The notes below the pieces were generated by a model that did not search any database, had not been told where the DNA came from, and saw nothing but the letters and a program-made list of their open reading frames with translations. Of a stretch of DNA of 64,000 nt, positions 36,994 through 46,751 are shown one piece after another (position 1 is the first letter of the stretch; the number at the start of each line of letters is the position of its first letter). Where the stretch lies: NCBI GenBank assembly GCA_963812205.1, contig CAWEUJ010000004.1, positions 1,514,607 through 1,578,606 of the forward strand, read 5' to 3'. This DNA comes from an uncultured Actinomycetes bacterium (lineage in GTDB: Bacteria > Actinomycetota > Acidimicrobiia > IMCC26256 > PALSA-610). The translations under genes and the position numbers were made by a program.

Positions 36994-39294
36994 GTGACGC
37001 TCTCGCTACGACGTCGGGGCGGCATCGAACAGCGTCTGCGCGGGATGCTTGGCGTCCCCCTCATCCGCAATGCGTACTCACTCGTCGGGGCGACGCTCGT
37101 CACGTCGGGTCTCGGCGTCGTGTTCTGGATCGTCGCGGCTCGGTCGTATTCGACCGCCGACATCGGGACCGACGCCGCGCTGATCTCGACGATGGTGTTC
37201 CTTTCTCGTCTCGCGCAGTTGAACCTGGCGAGCGGGTTCAACCGCTTCGTTCCGACCGCGGGAAGCGCCACTCGCCATTTGGTGCTGGTCGGCTACATGG
37301 CTTCGATCACGCTCGCAGGCGTCGCGGCCGCGGTGTTCGTCGCCGGCGTCGGCGTGTGGGCTCCCAAGCTCTCGATTCTCACCCATGACCACTGGCGCGG
37401 CCCGTGGTTCGTCGCGGCGACGATCATCTGGACCGTGTTCGTGCTCCAGGACTCGGTCCTCACCGGTCTCGGAGAAGCCCCCTGGGTGCTGTTGGAGAAC
37501 GCGGCGTACGGGGTCGTCAAGCTGTTTGTACTCGTCGCAGTCGCGGCGCTTCTCCCGCACGCGGGGGTATTCGTAGCTTGGACCGTGCCGCTCGCGCTGC
37601 TCGTGTTGCCCGTCAACCGTCTGCTGTTCCGGCGCCTCATCCCGACGCGTGTCGATCCGCCATACGAGGAGGTCGGGTTTCGCTCGGTGGCTCGCTACGT
37701 CTCGGTCGACTTCGTCGCGTCGGGGCTCTCGGCCGCGACGAGTGGTCTGATGCCGCTGCTCGTCCTCGCGATCATCGGTGCCGACGCGAGCGCATACGTG
37801 TACCTCTCGTGGACGATCGCCTACACCGTGCACTTCCTCAGCGAGAACGTCGGCATGTCGTTCATCACCGAAGCCGCGCGCGACCCCGACCGCATGGTCG
37901 ACTTCGCGCGCAAGACCCTCGTCCATTCCCTTCGCATCGTCGTGCCCCTTGCCATCGGGGTATCGATATGTGCCCCGCTCGCGTTGCGCGCGTTCGGGGC
38001 CGACTATGCCGCGCACGCGACGCATCTCCTGCAACTCCTGACGCTGGCCGCGATCCCGAACGCGGTCATCGTCACCTATCTGAGCGTCGCGCGGGTGAGG
38101 CGCCGCATGGGTGTGATCGTCGCGATCAGCGCCGTGCAGTCGGTCGCGACGCTGGTACTCGCCGTCGTGTTGCTCCGGGTCGTCGGTCTCACCGGCGTCG
38201 GCGTCGCCTGGCTCGTCTCGGAGACGGCGATCGCGGCCGTGCTCATCCTGGGGGAGTTCAGGACGTTGTGGTTGCCCTATGTGAAACCGGGTGCGTTTCG
38301 CAACGTGGTGAAGCGCACCCGTGTCGTATCGCGGCACCGCTCCGCGCTCGCCGCTTCGGCAGCGGCGCGGGACACGTTGCAGACATCGGGGCTCGCCGCA
38401 CGTGGCTGGCAGCCCGTGGGGGACGTGATCGTCGGGACCGACCTCTACACACTCGCGCTTCGGTCTCCTGCCGATGGCGCGGACGCGATGCTCAAGATCG
38501 CCGCGAGCCCCGCCGGTGTCGAGTCGTTGGGGCGCCGCCGGGCGGCGCTGCAGGCCGTGCGCGCGGCCGCGCCTCCGAGTTGGAACGGCATCGTTCCGCG
38601 CGTGATCGGCGCCGATCCCGCGGACGATTGGGTGCTCGAGAGCCGGTGCGTGGGGGTTGATGCGCGCGGCGCGGCGGAGCAACCCGACCAGCGCGAGCCG
38701 CTCCTCGACGACCTGACGGAAAAGATGTGCACGCTGTACCGGGGGACCTCCGGCGTGACGCTCGTCGACGAGGAGCACTTCGCGGTGCTCGTCGACGAAC
38801 CGCTCGTCGCAACGAAGGCGGCGGCGGCGACCCGGCTCCGGGCGCTCGCCGATGCGAGGAGCCTCGAACGCGCCCGTTCCGAGCTCCGCGAGCAGCTCGC
38901 GGGCCGCACGCTCACGACCTCCTTCGTGCACGGCAACCTCTGGCTCGGGAACGTGTTGTGGACGCCGGAGAGCGTTGAGGTGAGCGGCATCATCGACTGG
39001 ATCCGCACCACGCCGGGGATTCCCGTCGTCGACGTCGTGCACCTCGTGTGTTCGACACGCGCGCTCGCGGAGCACCGGGAGCTCGGGAGCGTCGTCTGTG
39101 AGCTCCTCGACAACGACGACTGGCCGGCCCGCGAGGCACAGCTCCTGAGCTCGGTACCCGGAGCGGCGGAGATCTCGTCGCGAGCCGCCGTCCTGCTCGC
39201 ATGGATGCAGCACGTCGCCATCACGGGCCACGGCACCCTCGAGAACGACGTGTGGGTGTCCCACAACGTGCACCAGGTATTGGAGCGCGTGTGA
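36994..39294 (+). CDS. Wzx/MOP-type polysaccharide flippase fused to a C-terminal APH-like kinase-fold domain
   Basis: The first about 440 aa are polytopic (12+ TM segments, Wzx-like). The C-terminal about 300 aa contain FVHGNLWLGNVLW..VSGIIDW (HGD-x4-N and IDW-type motifs of the aminoglycoside/choline kinase fold, with N replacing D). Confidence 0.6.
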   Translation: MTLSLRRRGGIEQRLRGMLGVPLIRNAYSLVGATLVTSGLGVVFWIVAARSYSTADIGTDAALISTMVFLSRLAQLNLASGFNRFVPTAGSATRHLVLVGYMASITLAGVAAAVFVAGVGVWAPKLSILTHDHWRGPWFVAATIIWTVFVLQDSVLTGLGEAPWVLLENAAYGVVKLFVLVAVAALLPHAGVFVAWTVPLALLVLPVNRLLFRRLIPTRVDPPYEEVGFRSVARYVSVDFVASGLSAATSGLMPLLVLAIIGADASAYVYLSWTIAYTVHFLSENVGMSFITEAARDPDRMVDFARKTLVHSLRIVVPLAIGVSICAPLALRAFGADYAAHATHLLQLLTLAAIPNAVIVTYLSVARVRRRMGVIVAISAVQSVATLVLAVVLLRVVGLTGVGVAWLVSETAIAAVLILGEFRTLWLPYVKPGAFRNVVKRTRVVSRHRSALAASAAARDTLQTSGLAARGWQPVGDVIVGTDLYTLALRSPADGADAMLKIAASPAGVESLGRRRAALQAVRAAAPPSWNGIVPRVIGADPADDWVLESRCVGVDARGAAEQPDQREPLLDDLTEKMCTLYRGTSGVTLVDEEHFAVLVDEPLVATKAAAATRLRALADARSLERARSELREQLAGRTLTTSFVHGNLWLGNVLWTPESVEVSGIIDWIRTTPGIPVVDVVHLVCSTRALAEHRELGSVVCELLDNDDWPAREAQLLSSVPGAAEISSRAAVLLAWMQHVAITGHGTLENDVWVSHNVHQVLERV

Positions 39295-41123
39295 CCGTGA
39301 CGGTCGGGCAGCCCTCGCGGATCTGGGGGCATCGGGCGCGGTTCTCGGTCGGAATCCTCGCGGTCGCGACATTGCTCTGGGTCGTGTCGCTGGTTCGGAT
39401 CAACGTCGATGCGATCGGTTCGTTCGGTCTCCTCTCCGCTTTCCCGGTCACGATGTACCTCGCGCTCGCCGTACTCACCGCGTCGATGTCTCGGGCGATC
39501 CATCGCCGCGAGGGAAATGTCGTCCTCGCGGCGCACGTGTTCCTGTTCATGCTGATCGCACACGGGACCCCGGCCGCGCTCTACGAGACGTTGCGGTACT
39601 CGTGGGCGTGGCAGCACCTGGGTCTCGTCGACTACCTGGCTCGACATCACACCGTCGACTCCCACGTGAAGAACCTCAACGTGTACCAGAGCTGGCCGGG
39701 CTTCTTCGCCGCGGCGACGACGTGGTTGGTCGGAAGTGGTGCGAGCTCGTGGATCGGCCCGGTCCAATGGGCGCCCCTCTTCTTCGAGCTGCTCGACGCG
39801 ATCGCGTTGTACGCGGTGTTCGACGCGCTCGATGCCGACCGGCGGGTCGTCTGGACCGGGGTATGGCTGTTCGCGCTCGGCAACTGGATCGGGCAGGACT
39901 ACTTCTCGCCCCAAGCGTTCGTGTTCTTCCTCTACCTCGTCGTGATCCTTCTCATGGTGCGTTGGCTCGGACGACGGCCCGCGATGCCACGCGTCCTCAC
40001 CCGGTTCGTACGGCACTCGGCGAACGGCGAGCGCGCCGAGCCCGAACCCGAGCCCGAGCCCGAGCCCGAGAGCGACGAACGGCGAACGCATACGCGCGCG
40101 GCGGTGGGACTGGTCGTGTTGTGCACCGCCGCCATCGCGTCGAGCCACCCGCTCACGCCGTTCGTGCTCATCGTGGCGGTGTTGCTCATCGCGCTCGTAC
40201 GTGGTCTCACCGTTCGCCGGCTCCCGCTCGCGGTGGCAGGCGTCGTGCTGTTGTGGTTGGCGACGGGCGCGCTGGGGTACATGCGGGTGACCCTTCCCTC
40301 CATCATCGACGGGCTCGTCACGTTGGGCGGGACGGTTGATCAGAGTCTGTCCAAGTCGTCGCATGCCGGGGCGAGTCAGCATCTCGTGTCGCTGGTCGGA
40401 CGGAGTGAGGTCGCCGTCATCGCCGGCGTCGCGCTCGTCGGGGTCGTCCGCCGGGTGCGGCACGGCCGCTGGGACGCGACCGCGATCCTGCTCGCGCTGG
40501 CGCCGGTCGCGATCCTCGTCGGCGGCTCGTACGGCGGCGAGGCGGTATTCCGCGTGTACCTCTTCGCACTGCCGTTCCTTGCCTATCTTGCGGCGGCCTG
40601 TTGCTACCCGACGCCCGCACACGGTCGAGCCTTGTCCGCCGTCATCGTCTTCGTCGTGAGCCTTGCCACGCTTACCGGGTTCCTGTTCGGGTACTACGGC
40701 AAGGAAGCGTGGACGCACTTTTCGATTCGGGAGCTGTATGCGGCACAGACGGTGTTCGTCGACGCACCGCCGCGATCACTCGTCGTGGACGGAGCCGGCG
40801 ACTACCCGATCGGGTTCGCGCACTTCGAGAACGTCACGTATCTGCACCTCTCGGCCGAATCCCCGGCATCGATCTCGACGCTGCTCGCGGCACCGGAGCC
40901 CGTTCTCTACGGCTGGCTCAGTGATGCTCGTTACGCACGCGGCTACCTGATCATCACCCGGTCTCAGAAGGCAGAATCCGACGCGCTCGGTCTGCTTCCA
41001 CGCGGCGCGCTCGACCGGATCGAGCGCGTACTCCTGGCGTCTTCCCGATTCACGGTGCTCTACCACGATGTCGACGCGAGCGTCTTCACCGTCGCGCGCG
41101 CCGGAGTTGCGAGCTCGCCGTGA
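39291..41123 (+). CDS. Large polytopic membrane protein (polymerase or GT-C-like; function unknown)
   Basis: GTGA overlap with the Wzx-kinase gene. More than 12 TM segments and an internal EPEPEPEPEPE linker. Confidence 0.5.
   Translation: MTVTVGQPSRIWGHRARFSVGILAVATLLWVVSLVRINVDAIGSFGLLSAFPVTMYLALAVLTASMSRAIHRREGNVVLAAHVFLFMLIAHGTPAALYETLRYSWAWQHLGLVDYLARHHTVDSHVKNLNVYQSWPGFFAAATTWLVGSGASSWIGPVQWAPLFFELLDAIALYAVFDALDADRRVVWTGVWLFALGNWIGQDYFSPQAFVFFLYLVVILLMVRWLGRRPAMPRVLTRFVRHSANGERAEPEPEPEPEPESDERRTHTRAAVGLVVLCTAAIASSHPLTPFVLIVAVLLIALVRGLTVRRLPLAVAGVVLLWLATGALGYMRVTLPSIIDGLVTLGGTVDQSLSKSSHAGASQHLVSLVGRSEVAVIAGVALVGVVRRVRHGRWDATAILLALAPVAILVGGSYGGEAVFRVYLFALPFLAYLAAACCYPTPAHGRALSAVIVFVVSLATLTGFLFGYYGKEAWTHFSIRELYAAQTVFVDAPPRSLVVDGAGDYPIGFAHFENVTYLHLSAESPASISTLLAAPEPVLYGWLSDARYARGYLIITRSQKAESDALGLLPRGALDRIERVLLASSRFTVLYHDVDASVFTVARAGVASSP
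40038..40070 (+). repeat. (GAGCCC/GAACCC)5.5 hexanucleotide repeat encoding EPEPEPEPEPE
   Basis: Direct reading. Confidence 0.95.
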
Positions 41124-41479
41124 TGCGATCGAGGTTCGCTCTTGTCGCGTCGACGGCACTCGTCCTGCTCGTCGTGGTCGCCGATCGCCGATCGGACGTC
41201 GGGGCGGTCTTCGTGCTCTGGTTCCTCTCGGTTGCTCCCGGTTCGGCGCTGTTGCGTCTCGTTCGGTTTTCCGACAACGGTGTGGCCGGCTGGGTGGTCG
41301 CGATCGGGGCGAGCTTCGCGCTCGACGTCCTCGTCACCGAAGCAATGGTGTACTCGCGCGTATGGACTCCGACGCGCGGTCTGATCAGTCTCGGGGTTCT
41401 CGTCGTTGCCCTTGTCGCGGTGGAACGTGGTACGAGTGCGCACTCGACGGAGAGCGCAGTCGACGAACAGACGCACTGA
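41120..41479 (+). CDS. Small membrane protein (3-4 TM segments)
   Basis: GTG start overlaps the previous stop. Hydrophobic segments throughout. Confidence 0.45.
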   Translation: MMRSRFALVASTALVLLVVVADRRSDVGAVFVLWFLSVAPGSALLRLVRFSDNGVAGWVVAIGASFALDVLVTEAMVYSRVWTPTRGLISLGVLVVALVAVERGTSAHSTESAVDEQTH

Positions 41480-41617
41480 CGCGCGGCACGTGTCCGTACA
41501 TGTGGTCCGGACAAAGTGGGCATGTCGGCGCGATCGCAGAGAGATCCCGCCTTCGGGCCGACGCGCGCTATGTTGCGCGCCTCAGTTCGGCGTCGGTATC
41601 CGCCGAACAAGGAACAC

Positions 41618-42529
41618 ATGCGGCAATCGTCTCGACGCTCCTCACGAAGTATCTCTGTCGTCGTAGTCGCGCTCGCGCTCGCGGTCGCGCTCGTCGTGCT
41701 CGGCGCGTGCACGCCGCCGATGCGCGCGCCGACGTTGATCTCGAATCGCAGCCCGCTGACAAGCTCTCGAGCGACGACCCCGACGACCGCGCCGTTGGGC
41801 AAGATGCTCTTCGACTCGGAGTTCAACGGAACCGCGCTCGAATCGCCGTGGTATCCGAACCGTTGGTTCGCTACGACCTGTTCGCCGGGCGCGACGAGCG
41901 GCGAGTCGCAGTACTACACCCGACCGAGCGTCGCGGTCTCGGGTGGCTACCTCAGGCTGACCGCGCGGGCCCCGGCCTACACGTGCAACGAGGGATCGTG
42001 GTCGGGCACCAAGCCGTACTCCTCGGGCTGGGTGCAAACGGGCGGCGCGGCGACGGATACCGGGCTCAGGGTCAAGCCGGGTTTCGAATTCCTCTACGGC
42101 CGTGTCGACGTACGGTTCAAGGAACCGGTCGGCAAGGGTCTGTGGCCGGCAATCTGGCTCGCGGCGGACGGCAGTCCCGGTGCGCCGCAGTCGTACCCGT
42201 GGCCTCCGGAGATCGATCTGCTCGAGTCCTACGGCAACAACTCGACGTGGTCGTTTCACGTGCACCTCGCCGGATCCGTCAACACCGGCAAGGACGTCAT
42301 CGGGCCGAACACGTCGAGCCAGTTCCACACGGTTTCGGTCGAGTGGCGCCCGACCAAGATCACGTGGTCGATCGACGGGACGCCGACGTACACGTACACG
42401 GGTCCGAACATCCCCAAAGTCCCGATGTACCTCATCGTGAACCTCGCAACCGGCGGCGAGGCCGGACCGACCGATGCGAGCAAGGTCCCCGCGACGATGC
42501 TCGTCGACTGGGTACGAGTTCGGGCGTAA
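41618..42529 (+). CDS. GH16-family glycoside hydrolase lipoprotein
   Basis: Lipobox LVVLGAC. GLWPAIWL and PPEIDLLES (the ExDxxE catalytic motif). Jelly-roll tail MLVDWVRV. Confidence 0.75.
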   Translation: MRQSSRRSSRSISVVVVALALAVALVVLGACTPPMRAPTLISNRSPLTSSRATTPTTAPLGKMLFDSEFNGTALESPWYPNRWFATTCSPGATSGESQYYTRPSVAVSGGYLRLTARAPAYTCNEGSWSGTKPYSSGWVQTGGAATDTGLRVKPGFEFLYGRVDVRFKEPVGKGLWPAIWLAADGSPGAPQSYPWPPEIDLLESYGNNSTWSFHVHLAGSVNTGKDVIGPNTSSQFHTVSVEWRPTKITWSIDGTPTYTYTGPNIPKVPMYLIVNLATGGEAGPTDASKVPATMLVDWVRVRA

Positions 42530-42625
42530 CGCGCGCGCACACGACGTCGTGACGCGCTCGTACGCCGACGCAAGCCGGCAGCCGACGGGCGGTACGCTCG
42601 ACATCCGACGAACGGATGGTCAGCG

Positions 42626-43531
42626 ATGAGTCGTGTCCGCGGCGTCCGACCCGCGGGCGTTGCCGTTGTCGCCGCGTTCCTTGCGCTGGCGGCCGCCTGT
42701 ACCGACCAGTCGCGCAGCGCGCCTTCCTCCGGCCTTCCGGCCGCTCGTCCGAGCACGACGAGTTCGCCCGCGCCTTCGACGACCGTACCGAGCACGCTTC
42801 CCACGCTGCCTCGCGGGGCGACCTGGAAGGTGGTCTTCGGCGACGAGTTCGCCGGCGCGGCGCTCGACCCGGCGCACTGGGCGACTTGTTACTACTGGTC
42901 GTCGACGACGTGCACGAACGCCAGCAGCCGGGAACTCGAGCTCTACACACCGAAGAACGTCAGCGTGGTGTCGGGCGAGCTGAGGCTTACAGCCCGTCGA
43001 GAGCTCGCGTCCGGCGAGGGGCGGCGCTTCGATTACACCTCGGGGATGATCTCGGGCGCGAGCCCGACCCGTGTGATGTTCGCGTTCCGGTACGGCTACG
43101 TCGAGGCGCGCGCCCGGACCCCCGCCGGCGCCGGATTCTGGTCGGCCTTCTGGTTGCTACCCGCCAATCACGCCACGCTCCCGGAGGTCGATGTCTTCGA
43201 GAACCTCGGAGTCCAGCCGCGTATTGTCCGTGAGTACACGCACTGGCTCCAACCCGAGGGCGAGCAAGTGTTCGGAAATGAAGTCGACCTGCCCGAATCA
43301 AGTGCTGCGTGGCACGTATACGGGCTGGACTGGGAGGCGTCGGCGCTCACCTGGTACGTCGACGGCCGGAAGGTCTGGACCGTGAACTATCGACCGGCGG
43401 TTCCGCAGGTCGACATGCTCCTCCTTGCGAACCTCGCCGTCGGCGGTCCGTACGCGACACCCCCGACGTCCGCTACACCGTTCCCGTCCGCGCTGGGGTT
43501 CGACAACATCAAAGTCTGGCAGCACGGGTGA
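42626..43531 (+). CDS. GH16-family glycoside hydrolase lipoprotein (paralog)
   Basis: Lipobox LALAAAC. GFWSAFWLLP, LPEVDVFEN, and the tail FDNIKVW. Confidence 0.75.
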   Translation: MSRVRGVRPAGVAVVAAFLALAAACTDQSRSAPSSGLPAARPSTTSSPAPSTTVPSTLPTLPRGATWKVVFGDEFAGAALDPAHWATCYYWSSTTCTNASSRELELYTPKNVSVVSGELRLTARRELASGEGRRFDYTSGMISGASPTRVMFAFRYGYVEARARTPAGAGFWSAFWLLPANHATLPEVDVFENLGVQPRIVREYTHWLQPEGEQVFGNEVDLPESSAAWHVYGLDWEASALTWYVDGRKVWTVNYRPAVPQVDMLLLANLAVGGPYATPPTSATPFPSALGFDNIKVWQHG

Positions 43532-44352
43532 GGAACGATGCGCGAGTCCCCGTGCTGCTCTATCACTCCGTGCGCGCCGAACCGACGCCGGGTTTCGAAC
43601 GCTGGGAGACATCCTCCGACCGGTTGCGAGCCCAGTTGGACCAACTCGAGGCCGCGGATCGGATACCGGTATCGCTCCCCACGTACGCGCAATGGCTGCG
43701 CAACGACGTCGGCGTCGCGCTTGCGGATAAGCCGGTGGTGATCACGTTCGACGACGGGTTCGCCAATTTCCTCGACGTCGTCCCGCAGTTCCTCGAGCGG
43801 GGATACCCGGTCACTCTGTTCGTACCGACCGCCTACGTCGGTGGCGAAAGCGATTGGCTGGCATCGCAGTTCCGCCGGCAGATGCTCACATGGTCTCAGC
43901 TCGCCGACCTCGATCGGAGTGGCATCGAGATCGGTTCACACGCCCACGTGCATCGACCGATCGACACGCTGCACGCTCGAGACCTACGGGCCGAGATCAC
44001 GCGCAGTCGCGAGCTCCTCGAGGATCATCTCGGGCACGCCTGCGCGTCGTTCGCGTATCCGCACGGGTACTACTCGCGCCGCGTGCGCCGCGTGGTCGAG
44101 GACGCCGGTTTCGAGCAGGCCTGCGCGGTGAAGGACGCGATGAGTGGGGCGAGCGACGACCCGATGGCCGTCGCTCGCTTGTTCGTCGGGTGGGACGACG
44201 TGGGAGCGCAGTTCGATCGGCTGCTCGTCGCCGGCCACCGGCGGCGAGTGCGGCACGAACGGGTCGCGACGCGAGCATGGCGGATCGTCCGTCGCGCACG
44301 AGCCCGTCTGCAACCTCGCGAAGACGTCGCGTCCCGACGCGGTCGTGCCTGA
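43528..44352 (+). CDS. Polysaccharide deacetylase (CE4/NodB family)
   Basis: VLLYHSV, VVITFDDGF, IEIGSHAHVH and FAYPHGY motifs. GTGA overlap with the GH16 gene. Confidence 0.8.
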   Translation: MRNDARVPVLLYHSVRAEPTPGFERWETSSDRLRAQLDQLEAADRIPVSLPTYAQWLRNDVGVALADKPVVITFDDGFANFLDVVPQFLERGYPVTLFVPTAYVGGESDWLASQFRRQMLTWSQLADLDRSGIEIGSHAHVHRPIDTLHARDLRAEITRSRELLEDHLGHACASFAYPHGYYSRRVRRVVEDAGFEQACAVKDAMSGASDDPMAVARLFVGWDDVGAQFDRLLVAGHRRRVRHERVATRAWRIVRRARARLQPREDVASRRGRA

Positions 44353-44365
44353 TCCGACGCCGACG

Positions 44366-45499
44366 TCAGTGTGGGACGCGGGCGATCATGTACGAGTGCG
44401 GGGGAGTGAGGTCGGCGCCGTCGGGGTCGGCGAGGTAGCCGGGCGCGCGTCCGTCGACGCCGGTGTGGCCGTACTGCCACACGATCGCGTTCGAGGTGGG
44501 GTCGACGACGATGACGCGGTTGTTGTCGTCGTCGGTGGCGAGGATGTCGCCGTTGGGAAGCGGTTCGGCGAGTGACGGATGATTGAGCGCGCCGGGCCCG
44601 GTAGGCGCGTATTGCCACAGGAGGCGGCCGTTGTGGTCGAACTCGACGATCTTGCCGGGCTTGGAGTAGTCGACGGTGAGGTATCGGTCGGCAGCGACCT
44701 GGTTCGTGTCCGACGGGTAGTGCACGCCCGGCGCGTGCGTTGACCACGACGTGGTTCCCGCGAGTGTCATCGCAGTGATCCAGTCGCCGCTGATCTCGGT
44801 GACGATGATGCGACCATCGGGCATCGGGAACGCGCCGTTGGGGCTCGCGAAGCGGGTGCCGGGTCGGTGACTGCAGTGGCCGGTGCGACCGAGTTGCTGC
44901 TGCGGAGCGGGGACGCCGGGGACGAGGAACACGATGCGGCAGTTCTTGATGTCGGCGACGATGATGCGGCCGTCGTGCAGCATGATTGCGTCGTCGGGGT
45001 TCCAGAGCCGGTTGGGTCCGGGCCCGTACGTACCGGGAGTGCCGTAGCGCCAGACGATCTTGTGGGTCGCGACATCGATGACGGTCACGACGAAATCGTC
45101 CTCTTGCGTTGCGATCATCTGTGTGCCGTCGGGCGTGAAGAACACGTCATCGGGCACCTTGAAGGTCTGACCGGGTGCAAGGTCGCCGGGGCGGGGGAAC
45201 TCCCACAATGTCCGGCCGTGCGCATCGATCTCCAAAAGACGGTTGTTGCCCCGGTCGGCGATCACGATCGGACCGGGCAACACCGAAGGATCCGATCCGC
45301 CAGCCAGGTACGAGGCGCCGCCGCTCGCGGTCGTTGCCGTTACCGGGAGGGCGGAATGGCCCGGTCGAGGCGCGAGGTGCGGATCACCTGTGCTGCACGA
45401 CGCCGCCAGGAGCGCCAGTGCGATCACGACGACCGCGATCACGACGACGCCGAACCGGCGTCGGTCCCGCCGCGGGACGAGCGCGACCCTCATGTGCAT
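44366..45499 (-). CDS. Beta-propeller (NHL/YncE-like repeat) lipoprotein
   Basis: Lipobox LLAASCS. Repeated ..IVIADRGNNRLLEID.., ..IIVADIKNCRIVF.., ..ILATDDDNNRVIVVD.. Confidence 0.65.
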   Translation of the reverse strand: MHMRVALVPRRDRRRFGVVVIAVVVIALALLAASCSTGDPHLAPRPGHSALPVTATTASGGASYLAGGSDPSVLPGPIVIADRGNNRLLEIDAHGRTLWEFPRPGDLAPGQTFKVPDDVFFTPDGTQMIATQEDDFVVTVIDVATHKIVWRYGTPGTYGPGPNRLWNPDDAIMLHDGRIIVADIKNCRIVFLVPGVPAPQQQLGRTGHCSHRPGTRFASPNGAFPMPDGRIIVTEISGDWITAMTLAGTTSWSTHAPGVHYPSDTNQVAADRYLTVDYSKPGKIVEFDHNGRLLWQYAPTGPGALNHPSLAEPLPNGDILATDDDNNRVIVVDPTSNAIVWQYGHTGVDGRAPGYLADPDGADLTPPHSYMIARVPH

Positions 45500-45651
45500 C
45501 TCCCCGGTCGATCAACTCGATGGACGACATCTTCCGAGCACCCTTGAATACCGCGGGACGAATCGCTAGAGCCGATCGTCACACCGTTCCCGGCGCGAGG
45601 TCCTTCGTTCGCCCCTAGCGCGTGACGGGTCGCGGGCTTACGGTCCCGTTC

Positions 45652-45873
45652 ATGAGGCACGAGCGGCCTTGGCAGCGCGACGGCGTGTGCGTCGGATGCG
45701 CGGACCACGCTGACTGGTGGTTCGCGCAGCAAGCAGAGAGCGTTGATCGGGCGCGGGCGGTGTGCGCACGTTGCAGGGTACGCGACGAATGTCTCCAGTT
45801 CGCGGTCGACCACCGCATCACAGAAGGTGTGTGGGGCGGGTGCTCACCGTCCGAACGGCAGAAGCTGCAGTAG
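45652..45873 (+). CDS. WhiB-family (Wbl) transcription factor
   Basis: Four Cys (CVGC..AVCARCRVRDEC) followed by GVWGG. Confidence 0.8.
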   Translation: MRHERPWQRDGVCVGCADHADWWFAQQAESVDRARAVCARCRVRDECLQFAVDHRITEGVWGGCSPSERQKLQ

Positions 45874-45902
45874 CTGTGGCCAGGGAGAACTGGAATCTCG
45901 CC

Positions 45903-46751
45903 CTAGGCGTCGCGACGTGCGAGGAGTACGGCTCCGAGTGCCAATGATGCAACGGCGTAGGCGCAAAAGACGGCGAATCCGACCCACAGTGACAGGTCGG
46001 TGCTGGCGAGTTTCGCGGTGTGGAACACGCTGTTGCCGGCCGACAGCGGCAGGTACTTCGAGATATCGGTGTTCCAGGGCGATGGCAAGAAGTTGACGAG
46101 GATCGGCAGGATCAACAACAGCCCGACGAGCGCGGCAATCGCGCCCGCGGTGCGGCGCAGGATGGTCCCCAAACCGATGCCGAGCGCGCCCAGGACGGAG
46201 AGGTACATCGCGCCGCCGATGACGGCGCGCAGCACGCCGGGGTCGCCGATCGAGGCGTGCTGGAGCTTGGTGGTTCCGCTCAGGATGCTCTGGCCGATGA
46301 AGAAGGCGGCGGAGCAGGCGACGAGTCCGACGACGAACACGACCACCATGAACACGGCGACCTTGGCTGCGAGCACAAGGTTCCTTTGCGGGGTCGCCCC
46401 GAAGGTCGCTCGGATCTGGCCTGTCGCGTACTCCGAGCTGATGACCAGCACCCCGAGCACGCCGACGGCGAGTTGGGCCAAGAAGATGCCGTTGAGGCTG
46501 AAGCCGGTCGGGTCGAAGTTGCGTAGCTCGCCGGGGTCGAGACGGTCGGCACGGGCGACCCGCGCCGCGCAGAAGAGCGCGCCGAGCCCAACGATGATCG
46601 CGATGGTGACGAGGAGCGACCAAAGAGTCGACCGCACGGACCAGAGCTTCGTCCACTCCGCGCGCACGACCGCGACGAACTGGCCCGCGCGCGATGGTGT
46701 CGGGTACGTCCGGGGCGTCGCGGACGTCAAGATCGGCTCGGCGGTACTCAC
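45903..46751 (-). CDS. ABC-2 type transporter permease
   Basis: Six TM segments. SSEYATGQIRATF motif, typical of ABC-2 permeases paired with a DrrA-like ATPase. Confidence 0.75.
   Translation of the reverse strand: MSTAEPILTSATPRTYPTPSRAGQFVAVVRAEWTKLWSVRSTLWSLLVTIAIIVGLGALFCAARVARADRLDPGELRNFDPTGFSLNGIFLAQLAVGVLGVLVISSEYATGQIRATFGATPQRNLVLAAKVAVFMVVVFVVGLVACSAAFFIGQSILSGTTKLQHASIGDPGVLRAVIGGAMYLSVLGALGIGLGTILRRTAGAIAALVGLLLILPILVNFLPSPWNTDISKYLPLSAGNSVFHTAKLASTDLSLWVGFAVFCAYAVASLALGAVLLARRDA

Noticed and set aside
37078-39372. Very long ORFs antisense to recognised genes. Examples are 37078..39372 (-), 38445..40718 (-), 3493..4923 (-), 19847..21139 (-), 56966..58876 (+), 60657..62414 (-), 30936..32324 (-) and 50105..51358 (-).
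   Set aside because: Their translations are dominated by Arg/Gly/Pro/Ala/Asp runs with no motifs. They lie opposite genes with clear family signatures. Long open antisense frames are expected in DNA of about 70% GC because stop codons are AT-rich.
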